Assembly: GCA_050633245.1 (NCBI GenBank)
Contig: JBOEGD010000020.1
Location: 56,176 to 120,175, forward strand
Length of the DNA: 64,000 nt
Origin: Calditrichia bacterium
GTDB taxonomy: Bacteria; Calditrichota; Calditrichia; RBG-13-44-9; J075
Direction of reading: 5' to 3'
The notes below the pieces were generated by a model. That model saw only the letters and a program-made list of their open reading frames with translations, did no database searches and was not told where the DNA came from. Position numbers and translations under genes: made by a program. Within the stretch, counting starts at the first letter, position 1, and each line of letters begins with the position of its first letter. Below, in pieces: positions 19,787-30,110 of this stretch.

Positions 19787-21382
19787 TTACTTCTTGTCTT
19801 GATTATTGCTTGGTGCACTTCCCGAGCGTTTTTTGCCGGGTGGGCGACGACGTCGCTTCGAAGAATGACCGGAGCCTTCTTTACGCTGCTTGTTAGAACG
19901 GCCCTGTCCATTGGAGCTGGTGCGTCGTTTCGACGGAATCTTATGGATTGGCGGAGGAAGTTCTTTTAGAAGCTCTTCTTCAGGAACGACACAATTCAGC
20001 TTGGCGCCAATGAATTCCTCAATTACCGGAATCTGAAAGGAATCTTCTTCACAAGCGAAGCTTATGGATGTTCCCTTCGAGCCGGCGCGACCAGTCCGAC
20101 CAATACGGTGCACATAATCTTCAGGGTCTATCGGCAGCGTGTAGTTAATAACGAAATTGAGGCCATCTACATGAATTCCGCGACCGGCAACGTCAGTAGC
20201 AACGAGTACTTTCAGATCGCCGGATTTAAAGCGGCTAAGGGTTTTCAGACGCTTGGCCTGTGGAACGTCCCCTGAAAGGACACTACAACTAATATCATAG
20301 CTTTGCAACATATCTGCCAGCTTGCGAGTATCGTGTCGCCGATTGGAAAAGACGATAACCTGTTCCAACGGTTGGCTGGTGAGAATGTTGTAGAGCAGCA
20401 TACGTTTTTCTTCCGTTGTAACAATATAGACCACCTGTTCAACAGTGTCTACAGCAACCTGCTCCGGAGCAATTTCGATGGAAACGGCATCTTTAGTCCA
20501 GCTACTCGCCAGATCCAGAACGGTTGGTGGTACGGTTGCGCTGAAAAGAAGCGTTTGGCGTTTTGCTTTTGGCGGTGTGCTGCGAATAATGCGTCGCACA
20601 TCCGGAATGAATCCCATGTCGAGCATGCGATCGGCTTCATCGATAACCATGATTTCAACTTTTCGCAGATCAATATCTTTCTTGCTGTTGAAGTCCAGCA
20701 ATCGTCCTGGCGTAGCGACGACAATGTCGATTACTTTTCCGTTTAGCTGGTTTTTTTGCTTCTGATAATCCATGCCACCAAAGACGGTCATGATTTTGAC
20801 CCCGCTGTGCTTTGCAAACTGATTTGCTTCGTCTGCTATCTGCAGAACCAATTCACGGGTAGGTGCCAGTATCAAGGCGCGTGGGGTGCCATATTTGCGT
20901 TTCCCGTCTATCCGATTTCGCAAAACGTGGTTTAGAATACTGATCAAAAAAGCCGCTGTCTTACCGGTTCCTGTTTGTGCCTGACCTACAGCGTCTTTTC
21001 CAGCAAGCGTACTTGGTAGAATCTCAGCCTGAATTGGCGTACAGTATCCGAAACCGAGGTCAGCAATAGCATGCATGACGTTCTCGGGGAGATCCAGATC
21101 GTGAAATCGGGTTTTTCCATCCTGCGGTTCTACTTTAAAGCTGCTGGGATCCCATGGTGGAGCTTTTGGCTTTGGAGGGGTTTTGGGCTTTGGCCTGCTC
21201 TTTTTAGGGTGCTGGGTATTTCTTTTCGACTGATGCTGCGTGCTCTTAGACTGGTTCTTGCGCTGTCTTGGCTTGCGTTGTTCAGGTGCTGCTTGTTTCT
21301 CTATCGGTTTTTGATCTGGCTTTTGTTGTTCCGAGCCGAACAGCGTTTTTAATCCGCTGCGGATCTTTTTAATAAAACTCAT
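19787..21382 (-). CDS. DEAD-box RNA helicase (RhlB/RhlE-like)
   Basis: Q motif 'TPIQ', AQTGTGKT, PTREL, TPGRL, DEAD, SAT, HRIGRTGR; basic N- and C-terminal tails. Confidence 0.95.
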   Translation of the reverse strand: MSFIKKIRSGLKTLFGSEQQKPDQKPIEKQAAPEQRKPRQRKNQSKSTQHQSKRNTQHPKKSRPKPKTPPKPKAPPWDPSSFKVEPQDGKTRFHDLDLPENVMHAIADLGFGYCTPIQAEILPSTLAGKDAVGQAQTGTGKTAAFLISILNHVLRNRIDGKRKYGTPRALILAPTRELVLQIADEANQFAKHSGVKIMTVFGGMDYQKQKNQLNGKVIDIVVATPGRLLDFNSKKDIDLRKVEIMVIDEADRMLDMGFIPDVRRIIRSTPPKAKRQTLLFSATVPPTVLDLASSWTKDAVSIEIAPEQVAVDTVEQVVYIVTTEEKRMLLYNILTSQPLEQVIVFSNRRHDTRKLADMLQSYDISCSVLSGDVPQAKRLKTLSRFKSGDLKVLVATDVAGRGIHVDGLNFVINYTLPIDPEDYVHRIGRTGRAGSKGTSISFACEEDSFQIPVIEEFIGAKLNCVVPEEELLKELPPPIHKIPSKRRTSSNGQGRSNKQRKEGSGHSSKRRRRPPGKKRSGSAPSNNQDKK

Positions 21383-21673
21383 AACTGCGTCTAACCTCTT
21401 CCTGTGGTGTTCCATTCGAATGACGCGTACAGCGTAACAGCAGGTGCTAATCCATCCGGGAGTCTATCGCTACCAGTAAATTCTGTCGGTCATCTGTTAA
21501 TCTCCCACGCGCTTCATCGCGCAACCGCCTGTTCTGGTGTGGAGGATTATAACGTATACGTGTATTAGGAGGCGGTTTAATCCAAGGACAAAATACGACT
21601 TCATTGGGCACAATGCAACCAATGTCTCTATTGAGGGGCCACGGCAATGGGAGGTGAAATAAAGACAGGAAAC

Positions 21674-21704
21674 AAAAGTGCGGCGTGTTTTCCACGTCGC
21701 ACTT
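21674..21704 (-). terminator. intrinsic terminator of the csp gene
   Basis: aagtgcgacgtg-gaaaa-cacgccgcactt followed by a T-rich tract on the minus strand. Confidence 0.75.
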
Positions 21705-21734
21705 GTATGTTATAGGGCGTTTTTTTAGCGTTTT

Positions 21735-21947
21735 TTACACCACGACAACGTTTTGCGCCTGCGGTCCCTTGTCTGTTACGTTCAGGGTATATTCTACCTG
21801 CTGGCCTTCCTCGAGGGAACGAAATCCGTCTGCCGTAATGGATGTGTAGTGTACGAAAATATCATCTCCTTGCTCACCGGGGATAATAAAACCAAAACCT
21901 TTTGCTGCATTAAACCACTTTACTGTACCTACGACTCGATCATTCAT
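21735..21947 (-). CDS. csp: cold-shock protein
   Basis: '[15 protein letters not shown]', 'DIFVHY', 'GPQA'; SD aaggag. Confidence 0.96.
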   Translation of the reverse strand: MNDRVVGTVKWFNAAKGFGFIIPGEQGDDIFVHYTSITADGFRSLEEGQQVEYTLNVTDKGPQAQNVVVV

Positions 21948-22286
21948 GATGGAACTATCTCCTTTTTATAATGACTAAAAAATTATTTAAGCCCGAAGGC
22001 CATGTGAAAACTATTTCAAAACTTCCAATAATAATCCCGATCTTTCTCGCTGAGAGAAGGACTCTGGCAAAGCTGATAGAAATGGATCAGCGAATGTTCC
22101 AGGGAATGAGTGGCTGAAAGATATTCAGTCTGTAATACGAGAATTATGATCGGAGAGCAATACTTACAGTTGCAATTAGTGAAGAAAGAGGGGCATGCTA
22201 TACGAAATGAATCACGATCTGCGTTGGAGAAATTTTAAAAATGATAGAGCCGTGCAATTTCAAAAAGGTTGAGGTACGCAATTGTT

Positions 22287-22324
22287 AAATGTTAGAGCCG
22301 CACAATTGTGCGGCTCTAACATTT
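22287..22324. repeat. perfect 38-bp palindrome, REP-like, also terminator-positioned
   Basis: aaatgttagagccgcacaattgtgcggctctaacattt; core shared with 18090-18110. Confidence 0.85.
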
Positions 22325-23581
22325 TTAATGCAGCTTTCCGATGGCTTTGTCCAGATTGGAAATGATGATTTCTACTTCTTCCAGCTTGGCCGTTCCAACC
22401 GAAAGGCGATACCACGGTGACGACTCTGAAGCGCCAAAATAGGCAAACGGCACCAGGCCGACATGCGCTTCATCCAGGATGTAGCGATGGACTTCCTTGT
22501 TGGTATGCAAAACGGTTCCATCAGATGTTTTCATACCGGTAAGATCCATTTTTACCGTAAGATACATTGCCGCCTGAGGTTCAATAGCATCTACATTGTA
22601 GCCTTTGGCTTTTAATGCGGTAAATCCTTTATAAAAACCAACCAGTCGTTTCTCCAGCTCGCCGCGAAAACGATTTAAATACTCTTCTACTGCGGGAATG
22701 TCTGCGAGGAAGTTACCGCAAGCTACCTGCCCGGCTCGTGGAGCCCAAGCCCCCATGTGCGCAACAACGGAGCGCATTTTTGCCATAATCGGTTGCGGAC
22801 CATACCCCCAGCCAAGACGTAGTCCGGTGCCGGCAAATGCTTTGGAAGCACCATCCACAAAAACGCAATAGTCGCGCATTTCCGGGCGGAGCGTAACCGC
22901 GTTGTAGTGCTTCGTACTGCCATAAGACAGTGGCCAGTAAATTTGATCCATCATAACATAGAGCGGCTTTTGGTTTGGTCCGCGACGCTTGTTTTCAGTC
23001 AAAACCATATCGCAAATGGCCTCCAGGCGCTCCTTGCTAAGAACCGTACCGGTTGGATTTAGTGGAGAGCAAAGAGCAAGCAAGACAGCATCTTTTATGT
23101 GTGGCTCAAGGGCTTCAACAGTTGGCATAAAGAAATTGTCTGCATCTGTTTCAAGAACAACCCCTTCTGCTTCCGTGAGATAGGTGTAATGATCATTATT
23201 CCAAGAGGGTGCCGGATAGATTACTTTTTCACCATGATCTACGATAGATAAATATGCTGCATAGATTAATGGTCTGCCACCGCTGGCAACCAGGATATCT
23301 GCCGGGTCGAAGTGCATATCTCCAAAATGCGCGAGGTAACCACTGATGGCCTTACGTAAATTTGCCACGCCGATCGCGCCGGGATAATTGGTTTCACCAT
23401 CATTATAGGCCTGAATAATCGCATCGCGAAGCTTCTCAGGTATCGGAAAGACTTTCGGGTTAAAGTCGCCAATTGTCAGATTGTAAAACGTTTCTCCACG
23501 TGCAATCTTTTCATTTATCTCCGCAGCAAGAGTGATAATCGGTGATGTTTCAATTCGCTGAGCGAGTTTCGACAGAATCAT
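22325..23581 (-). CDS. PLP-dependent aminotransferase class I/II
   Basis: 'SPLNPTG', 'DQIY', 'SKAFAGTGLRLGW'. Confidence 0.92.
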   Translation of the reverse strand: MILSKLAQRIETSPIITLAAEINEKIARGETFYNLTIGDFNPKVFPIPEKLRDAIIQAYNDGETNYPGAIGVANLRKAISGYLAHFGDMHFDPADILVASGGRPLIYAAYLSIVDHGEKVIYPAPSWNNDHYTYLTEAEGVVLETDADNFFMPTVEALEPHIKDAVLLALCSPLNPTGTVLSKERLEAICDMVLTENKRRGPNQKPLYVMMDQIYWPLSYGSTKHYNAVTLRPEMRDYCVFVDGASKAFAGTGLRLGWGYGPQPIMAKMRSVVAHMGAWAPRAGQVACGNFLADIPAVEEYLNRFRGELEKRLVGFYKGFTALKAKGYNVDAIEPQAAMYLTVKMDLTGMKTSDGTVLHTNKEVHRYILDEAHVGLVPFAYFGASESSPWYRLSVGTAKLEEVEIIISNLDKAIGKLH

Positions 23582-23768
23582 AGTTTGTTTCTCCCGGTTC
23601 GGACTGGTTTGTTGTTGCCGAAAGTTACTTAAAAGATTATATCGAAAAAAGAGAGAAGAAAATTGAGAAACGTTCTGAAATAAAATATCGCTGCTTCCCG
23701 GCTCATTCAATTGGATTTGGAATTGGAATAGCCTGGCTGATGATTTAGTTTGTAATGACTATAATGAA

Positions 23769-24725
23769 ATGGAGAATAAAATGATTATCGTAACCGGTGG
23801 TGCCGGGTTTATCGGAAGTAATTTAGTGCGTGAACTGAATGCCCGCGGCATAGATGATATTCTTATTGTAGACAGCCTGAAGCGTGGCGAAAAGCATCTG
23901 AATTTAAACAGTCTTGAATATCGTGACTTTGTGGATTATAACGACTTTCTACAGCGCATCGCAGAGTATGCCCCCAATAAAATACAAGCTATTCTTCATC
24001 AGGGTGCCTGCACCGATACTATGGAGTATGATGGGCAATATATGATGCGCGTGAATTACGAATACAGCAAGACGCTACTTCACTACGCAATGCGACATTC
24101 TATTCGTCTGATTTATGCTTCCTCTGCTTCTGTTTATGGTAATGGTGATGATGGTTTTGTAGAAGAGCGACATCGTGAATATCCACTTAATGTGTATGCC
24201 TATTCGAAGTTTCAGTTCGATCAGTATCTGCGCAGAATGATAGACGAAGCGGATTCTCAAATTGTAGGTTTACGCTACTTTAATGTATATGGGCCGCAGG
24301 AAAATCATAAAGAACGTATGGCTTCGGTGATTTTTCAGTTCCACAATCAGCTGATGGAAAATTCCGAGATCAAGCTATTTGAAGGCAGCGGCGATTTTCG
24401 ACGAGACTTTATATATGTCGGTGATGTTGTGAAGGTAAACCTTCACTTTCTGGATAATCCCGACGTTAGCGGAATTTATAATTGTGGTACCGGAACAGCC
24501 GAGAGCTTCTTAAAGATTGCAGAAATTATGCAGGACTGTTATGAGGGCTCTACAATGAGCTATGTGCCGTTTCCAGAGACGTTAAAAGGCAAATATCAGG
24601 CTTTTACGCAGGCGGATACCACAAGTCTGCGATCTTCCGGGTTCAATAGCGATTTCACCAGTCTGGATGATGGTGTGCGTTCCTACGTGGACGTGCTAAA
24701 GAAAACCGGTGGATACTGGCGGTAA
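23769..24725 (+). CDS. hldD: ADP-L-glycero-D-manno-heptose 6-epimerase
   Basis: 'IIVTGGAGFIGSN', 'HQGAC', 'PLNVYAYSK', 'GLRYFNVYGPQENHK..MASV', 'GKYQAFTQAD'. Confidence 0.93.
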   Translation: MENKMIIVTGGAGFIGSNLVRELNARGIDDILIVDSLKRGEKHLNLNSLEYRDFVDYNDFLQRIAEYAPNKIQAILHQGACTDTMEYDGQYMMRVNYEYSKTLLHYAMRHSIRLIYASSASVYGNGDDGFVEERHREYPLNVYAYSKFQFDQYLRRMIDEADSQIVGLRYFNVYGPQENHKERMASVIFQFHNQLMENSEIKLFEGSGDFRRDFIYVGDVVKVNLHFLDNPDVSGIYNCGTGTAESFLKIAEIMQDCYEGSTMSYVPFPETLKGKYQAFTQADTTSLRSSGFNSDFTSLDDGVRSYVDVLKKTGGYWR

Positions 24726-24773
24726 AATGACTCGATCCGCAAGTATTGCGGATCTACGGGATGTTTAATTTAC

Positions 24774-25439
24774 ATGAAAATTTCTGCACAATTGATGAAC
24801 GATTGGCGCACTGTTCTCGCTGATGAACTTGCCCGCCCTTATATTCTTGAACTGGAAGAATTTGTTGCATTCGAGCGATTGCATTACGACGTTTTTCCAC
24901 CGGAAAAAAATGTGTTTGGCGCTTTCAACGCATGTGCCTTTGATGATGTACGCGTTGTTATTCTCGGGCAAGATCCTTATCACGGCCCAAACCAGGCGCA
25001 TGGACTATCCTTCTCTGTAAATGATGGGATAAAGCACCCTCCTTCTCTCCGAAATATCTTTAAAGAAATTGAGCAAAATTTGGGGCTGTCGGCACCAGAG
25101 TCGGGGAATTTGACTCGTTGGGCAGAACAGGGGGTATTGCTGTTGAATTCTGTGCTAACGGTTCGTGCAAATGAGGCCGCGTCACACAAGAAGCACGGTT
25201 GGGAGACATTTACCGATACTGTAATCAGAGAATTGTCAGAGCGTCGTGAAAATCTGGTTTTCATGCTTTGGGGAAACTACGCGAAGAAAAAAGGACGCAT
25301 AATTAATCGCGGCAAACATGTGGTATTAGAATCCGGACACCCATCGCCGCTGTCGGTGCGTTATTTTCGGGGCTGTGGTCATTTTAGCCGGGTGAATGAA
25401 TTTTTGCGGGAAAAAGAATTGCCTGAAATTGTATGGTAA
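24774..25439 (+). CDS. ung: uracil-DNA glycosylase family 1
   Basis: GQDPYH, 'PPSL.NI', 'QGVLLLN', HPSPLS. Confidence 0.96.
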   Translation: MKISAQLMNDWRTVLADELARPYILELEEFVAFERLHYDVFPPEKNVFGAFNACAFDDVRVVILGQDPYHGPNQAHGLSFSVNDGIKHPPSLRNIFKEIEQNLGLSAPESGNLTRWAEQGVLLLNSVLTVRANEAASHKKHGWETFTDTVIRELSERRENLVFMLWGNYAKKKGRIINRGKHVVLESGHPSPLSVRYFRGCGHFSRVNEFLREKELPEIVW

Positions 25440-25446
25440 CGTTGTA

Positions 25447-25484
25447 AAACGGTAGCGACGCAATGTATTGCGTCGCTACCGTTT
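25447..25484. repeat. GTAG-type REP palindrome between convergent genes
   Basis: aaacggtagcgacgcaat-gt-attgcgtcgctaccgttt. Confidence 0.85.
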
Positions 25485-25503
25485 ACATTTACCATTCTAC
25501 TAA

Positions 25504-28500
25504 TTATCTAACCGGGTATGGCGGAATCTGCGGAACGGTCTTACGCTTCGTCTTCAGGTCATTCAGAACTTCAGAGATCGCACGACTCAGCTGCTGATCT
25601 TCACCTGCAAATTCCTTTGCGGGATCATTATCTACCACGATATCCGGCGTTACGCCGATATTCTCAATAATCCATTTCTTTCCTGCCAGATCATAACGTG
25701 AAAATTCCGGCTTATTCATGGAGCCGCCATCGACATAGGGTAGCGAACCGCGAATTCCGACAACGCCTCCCCAGCTACGCTTACCAATTAGCTTGCCAAG
25801 TTTGTGATGCTTGAATCTCCAGGCAAAGAGGTCGCCATCTGACGCAGAAAACTCATTTACCAGGCAAACCATCGGTCCCCACATTACGTCACCGGGGTTG
25901 ACATCCGCATCAACATTACGAGACATTGTTATCATAACGACTTCACGTCTCAGGCGTTCAATAAGCATTGGTGATACGTTTCCGCCACCATTACCGCGAA
26001 CATCGATAATCAGCGCCTTCTTGCGCATCTGCGGATAGAAATGCTTCACGAATTCATTCAGTCCATTCGGGCCCATATCAGGAACGTGAATGTAGCCAAC
26101 TTCGCCATTTGTTGCTTTGCTGACCTTATCAATATTATCCTGAACCCAATTGTAATAATACAATCCAGACTCATCGGCAATCGGCTTAACCGTTACTTCA
26201 CGGCTTCCGGCAGTAGATGCTTTGCCGTTTACTGTTAGAACAACCTGCTTGCCAACCGTGTTTACCAATGCCGCAAACATGTTCTTCATGTCCTTGGTCG
26301 ATTCGCCGTTGACGGCCACAATATATTCACCTTCGCTTACATTTACGCCCAGATCACGCAATGGTGAACGGCGACGTTGCCCCCAGTTCTCACCATCGAG
26401 AATGCGGTCAATTTTGAAGTAACCCGAGCTGTGCTTACTAACTTCAGCACCGAGCAACCCAGTGCGAACGCGCTTCGGAGAAGGGCGATCACCGCCACCA
26501 ACATACGCGTGTCCAACATTCAGCTCGCCGATCAACTCGCCCAAAATATAGGTGAGATCGTTGCGATGATTTACGTGCGCGACAAGAGGTTCGTATTTCT
26601 TCTTCATTGCATTCCAGTTAACGCCGTGCATGTTGGGTGCATAGAAAAAGTCTCGCATTTGTCGCCAGCCTTCAGCATAGATCTGATTCCATTCGGCGCG
26701 ACGGTTTTGCATCATTTCCATATCACCGAGCTTCAAAGGATCTTTTAGTTTAATCGGGCCTTTCGGCAGATCAATAATACCATATTTATTGCCATCGCTT
26801 ACCAGCATCTTTTTGCTGTCGGCAGATATTTCATAGCCATTATAGTTTCCAAGCTCAGTTTCTTTTTCCTCACCGAGATCGTACATCATCAGTTTGGTTT
26901 TATCGTCGCTAAAGCCACGGCGTGTATAATACACCTTGCCGCCTACCAGCGAAATGTTGCCATAGTTTGATGCGTCGATGTCCAGGCCAACTACGCGATC
27001 TTGCAAGCCATCGAGATCCAGCTTTACAGATACTTTGCTGTCGTCAGACTTTTTCTTGTCATCTTTCTTTTTGTCGTCCTTTTTGGAAGATTTCTTCTCT
27101 TCCTTAATGCTTACTTCATCGCTCTTTGGCTTGAAAGGCGAATCGGTGCCTTTCGATAGGGCAACCATGTAGATGCGTTCCATGTCGCGATAGGCATGAT
27201 TCCACTCGGTGCTGCTGTAGATCGGATTGAAGTCACGTCCGGAAGCAAAGAGAAGCCACTTGCCGTCTGCACTGAAATTCGAGCTGTTGGAATCGTACCA
27301 GCCTTCGGTAACCGCATGGCTCTTTTTGGTTGCAAGCGAGTAGATGTAAACTTTGCGCATACCCTGTTTTTCAAACTTTGTATAGGTGATAAACTTTCCA
27401 TCGGGAGACCAAGCGTACTGAGAGATTTCCCAGGCTTCGCCTTTTGCTACTTCGGTAATCTTACCCGAAGAAACATCTGCATAGCGCAAGCGCAGCTTTT
27501 TATCTCCGAAGAGCAACTTTTTGCTGTCCGGGGACCAGTACGGCTGGTAGTAATACGTGTCTGCGCCCTTTGTAACCTGGCGAGCTTTTCCTTTACCGTC
27601 CTGTGGGGAAACCCAAAGCTCGAATTCGCCGGTAGCGTCGGAGATATAAGAAATCCATTTGCCGTCTGGGGACCACTTTGAGTTACGTTCATGTGCGCCG
27701 GAGGATTGTGTAATGTTGCGAGTTGGGCCTTCTTTTGCGGGTACGGTGAATACTTCACCATGAGCACCAAACAGTGCGCGCTTTCCATCCGGTGAGATTT
27801 CGTAATTGCTAACTTCACTGGCTAACTCACGAACGCCACCGCGACTGGCATTGAAATCCTGTAGAATGCGGATCGAAACTTTTTTATGCGTCTGCGTCTT
27901 CAGATCGAAGCTGTGAATATAGCCTGCCTGCTCAAATACAATCGCATCTGGTCCTACAGAAGGAAACTTGATGTCGAAATCTGTGAACTTGGTATGCTGC
28001 GTGGTTTGCTTTGTTTTCAGATCGTAAGAATACAGGTTCATGCGCATGGCGCCATTTGATTCACGGTCGGATATGAAATACACCTTATCACCGGCCCACA
28101 TTGGAATAATATCCTGTGCCGGATTATCGGTGATGTTTTCTGTCTTCTTTGTCTTGAAGTCATAAATCCAAACGTCATCAGCCATCCCACCACGGTAGCG
28201 CTTCCAGGTACGGAACTCGCGAAAGACGCGGTTATAGGCCATCTTGCTGTCGTCTGCGGAGAAGGAGCAGAATCCACCACGCGGCACTTCTATCTGCGCA
28301 GGCATATCACCGTTGGTATTAACGGAGTATAGTGATCCGATAAAGCTGTTAAATGAGCGCATGCGAGAGCGAAAAACGACTTCGTTTGACGTATTCTTCC
28401 ACGACATAACGATGTTGTTGGGTCCCATACGATCGGCAATATCGTCGCGATTGAGCGTTGCAGTATAGGTAAGGCGTTTTGGAATGCCGCCTTCTTCGCC

Positions 28501-28776
28501 TATGGTAAAGACTTCCGTATTACCGTCGTACTGTCCGGTAAAGGCGATGGTTTTGCCATCTGCCGAGAAGCGCGGGAACATTTCGTAGCCATCGTGGCTG
28601 GTTAATTGACGGGCGACGCCGCCGGATTTTGCTACGGTATAGAGATCACCTGCATAGGAAAAGACAATCTGCTTGCCGTTAGTGGTTGGGAAGCGCAGCA
28701 GACGCGCTTCCTGTGCCGTAATGCTGGATAGAAAAAGACCCAGTAAAAGCAGCACAAGAACGTTGCGATAACTCAT
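25504..28776 (-). CDS. tricorn-type S41 protease (beta-propellers, PDZ, catalytic domain)
   Basis: PD40 repeats 'WSPDGK', 'GELNVGH', 'DVRGNGGG', 'SASDGD', 'GKRSWGG', 'ENIGVTPD'. Confidence 0.95.
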   Translation of the reverse strand: MSYRNVLVLLLLGLFLSSITAQEARLLRFPTTNGKQIVFSYAGDLYTVAKSGGVARQLTSHDGYEMFPRFSADGKTIAFTGQYDGNTEVFTIGEEGGIPKRLTYTATLNRDDIADRMGPNNIVMSWKNTSNEVVFRSRMRSFNSFIGSLYSVNTNGDMPAQIEVPRGGFCSFSADDSKMAYNRVFREFRTWKRYRGGMADDVWIYDFKTKKTENITDNPAQDIIPMWAGDKVYFISDRESNGAMRMNLYSYDLKTKQTTQHTKFTDFDIKFPSVGPDAIVFEQAGYIHSFDLKTQTHKKVSIRILQDFNASRGGVRELASEVSNYEISPDGKRALFGAHGEVFTVPAKEGPTRNITQSSGAHERNSKWSPDGKWISYISDATGEFELWVSPQDGKGKARQVTKGADTYYYQPYWSPDSKKLLFGDKKLRLRYADVSSGKITEVAKGEAWEISQYAWSPDGKFITYTKFEKQGMRKVYIYSLATKKSHAVTEGWYDSNSSNFSADGKWLLFASGRDFNPIYSSTEWNHAYRDMERIYMVALSKGTDSPFKPKSDEVSIKEEKKSSKKDDKKKDDKKKSDDSKVSVKLDLDGLQDRVVGLDIDASNYGNISLVGGKVYYTRRGFSDDKTKLMMYDLGEEKETELGNYNGYEISADSKKMLVSDGNKYGIIDLPKGPIKLKDPLKLGDMEMMQNRRAEWNQIYAEGWRQMRDFFYAPNMHGVNWNAMKKKYEPLVAHVNHRNDLTYILGELIGELNVGHAYVGGGDRPSPKRVRTGLLGAEVSKHSSGYFKIDRILDGENWGQRRRSPLRDLGVNVSEGEYIVAVNGESTKDMKNMFAALVNTVGKQVVLTVNGKASTAGSREVTVKPIADESGLYYYNWVQDNIDKVSKATNGEVGYIHVPDMGPNGLNEFVKHFYPQMRKKALIIDVRGNGGGNVSPMLIERLRREVVMITMSRNVDADVNPGDVMWGPMVCLVNEFSASDGDLFAWRFKHHKLGKLIGKRSWGGVVGIRGSLPYVDGGSMNKPEFSRYDLAGKKWIIENIGVTPDIVVDNDPAKEFAGEDQQLSRAISEVLNDLKTKRKTVPQIPPYPVR

Positions 28777-28936
28777 AAAAGTCTCCGAAATAACGGGTTA
28801 GGGGATTATGTATATTGATGAAAAAGAAGTTGTTTCTTGTTAGACGCTAATTATCCCAGTATAGTTGACAAGAATATACGATTTTTTGACCAAGAGGTTA
28901 CAGGAAAATGAAAAGACATGAAAAGTGAAAAGATGT

Positions 28937-28980
28937 GAATAAGGCAATAAGGCAATAAGGCAATAAGGCAATAAGGCAAT
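28937..28980. repeat. 8-bp tandem repeat (AAGGCAAT x5)
   Basis: Direct reading; lies between the divergent tricorn and thioesterase starts. Confidence 0.9.
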
Positions 28981-29027
28981 TTAAAGTTGTTCTGTGACTG
29001 TTGCCTAAAAAGAAAGGAGTATCGAAT

Positions 29028-29465
29028 ATGAATAAAGAGCATTTTCGCAAATTGGAGCGGATGTATCTGGAAGCCAATATTCAGAAGGAACTCTATGAAA
29101 GCACAACTATCAAAATTGAACATAAGCGAACAGAAATTGGCATGATGGTCTCGGATAAATACTTTCATGCATTAAACGGGATGCATGGCTCCGTGTATTT
29201 TAAGTTACTTGATGATGCTGCTTTTTTTGCGGTGAACTCTGTTATCTCTGATGTCTGTGTACTAACGACGTCGTTCAATATTAATCTGGTGCGTCCAGTT
29301 GGATTGGGCAAAATCCACGCAGTTGGCGAACTGAGATTTCAATCCAGAAATTTATTCGTTGCAGAAGCTCAATTGTTTAATGAGGCGGGGAAAGAAGTAG
29401 CGTTCGGAACAGGGCATTTTGCAAAAAGTAAAGTTGTTTTGTCAGAAGAGATAGGTTATACATAA
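29028..29465 (+). CDS. PaaI family (hot-dog) thioesterase
   Basis: 'MHGSVYFKLLDDAAFFA'; SD aaggag. Confidence 0.88.
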   Translation: MNKEHFRKLERMYLEANIQKELYESTTIKIEHKRTEIGMMVSDKYFHALNGMHGSVYFKLLDDAAFFAVNSVISDVCVLTTSFNINLVRPVGLGKIHAVGELRFQSRNLFVAEAQLFNEAGKEVAFGTGHFAKSKVVLSEEIGYT

Positions 29466-29466
29466 T

Positions 29467-29578
29467 GTTCAAAGTTCAAAGTTCAAAGTTCAAAGCCTAC
29501 CTGGCATTGAAGCAGTAAGTGAAGTGCAAATACTTTCATACAAGAATACCTTTGAACCTTGAACTTTGAATCCTGAAC
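29467..29578. repeat. inverted heptamer arrays (GTTCAAA x4 ... TTTGAAC-like x4) around a 56-bp spacer
   Basis: Arms 29467-29494 and 29551-29578, between convergent genes. Confidence 0.88.
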
Positions 29579-29584
29579 ATTCTT

Positions 29585-29983
29585 TTAGAGACTCTGCAGC
29601 CAATCTTCATAAAATCGCCGCTGCTCGTCAACTGTGGCTGGTTCCACATCCAAACCAGAGTCGAAAATAGATACCAGTCTCTCGGCCGGGTAACCCATCT
29701 TCATTTGGTAGGCCTGTCTGCCAGCGCTGGACTGGCGCGACATCTGCGATGGATAGATATTTTTGCTGGCCCCATAGCAGTGCAGTAGATAGCCGTCCGG
29801 CTCGAGGTGGATGCGCACGACGACCATTGCGTCAAAAAAGTCTTCCGCGGTACCGCTATGAATCTTACCGCGATGAAATAATTCTACGGTACACTCATCA
29901 CCATTTTGTGTAACTTCCATTTCGCACGATTCTGTGCGCCCTTTGGCATCAATGACATCGATATGATAATTCCGTTCAGTCAT
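29585..29983 (-). CDS. hypothetical protein (possible orphan immunity-type family)
   Basis: 'DFFDAM..VR..LE..G..L.CYGA..NIYPSQMSRQ...G..AY...ATVDEQ..FY..W'; SD aggag. Confidence 0.7.
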   Translation of the reverse strand: MTERNYHIDVIDAKGRTESCEMEVTQNGDECTVELFHRGKIHSGTAEDFFDAMVVVRIHLEPDGYLLHCYGASKNIYPSQMSRQSSAGRQAYQMKMGYPAERLVSIFDSGLDVEPATVDEQRRFYEDWLQSL

Positions 29984-30110
29984 TACTATGCTCCTGTTTA
30001 CTTTAATAGTATACTATGTCGGGGGACATGGGTTTCTTTCAGATCTTCATTGGGGCAGTGATGAGGGTCTGGAAATATACGTTAACTTTATTGCGATATC
30101 AAAAGATAGA

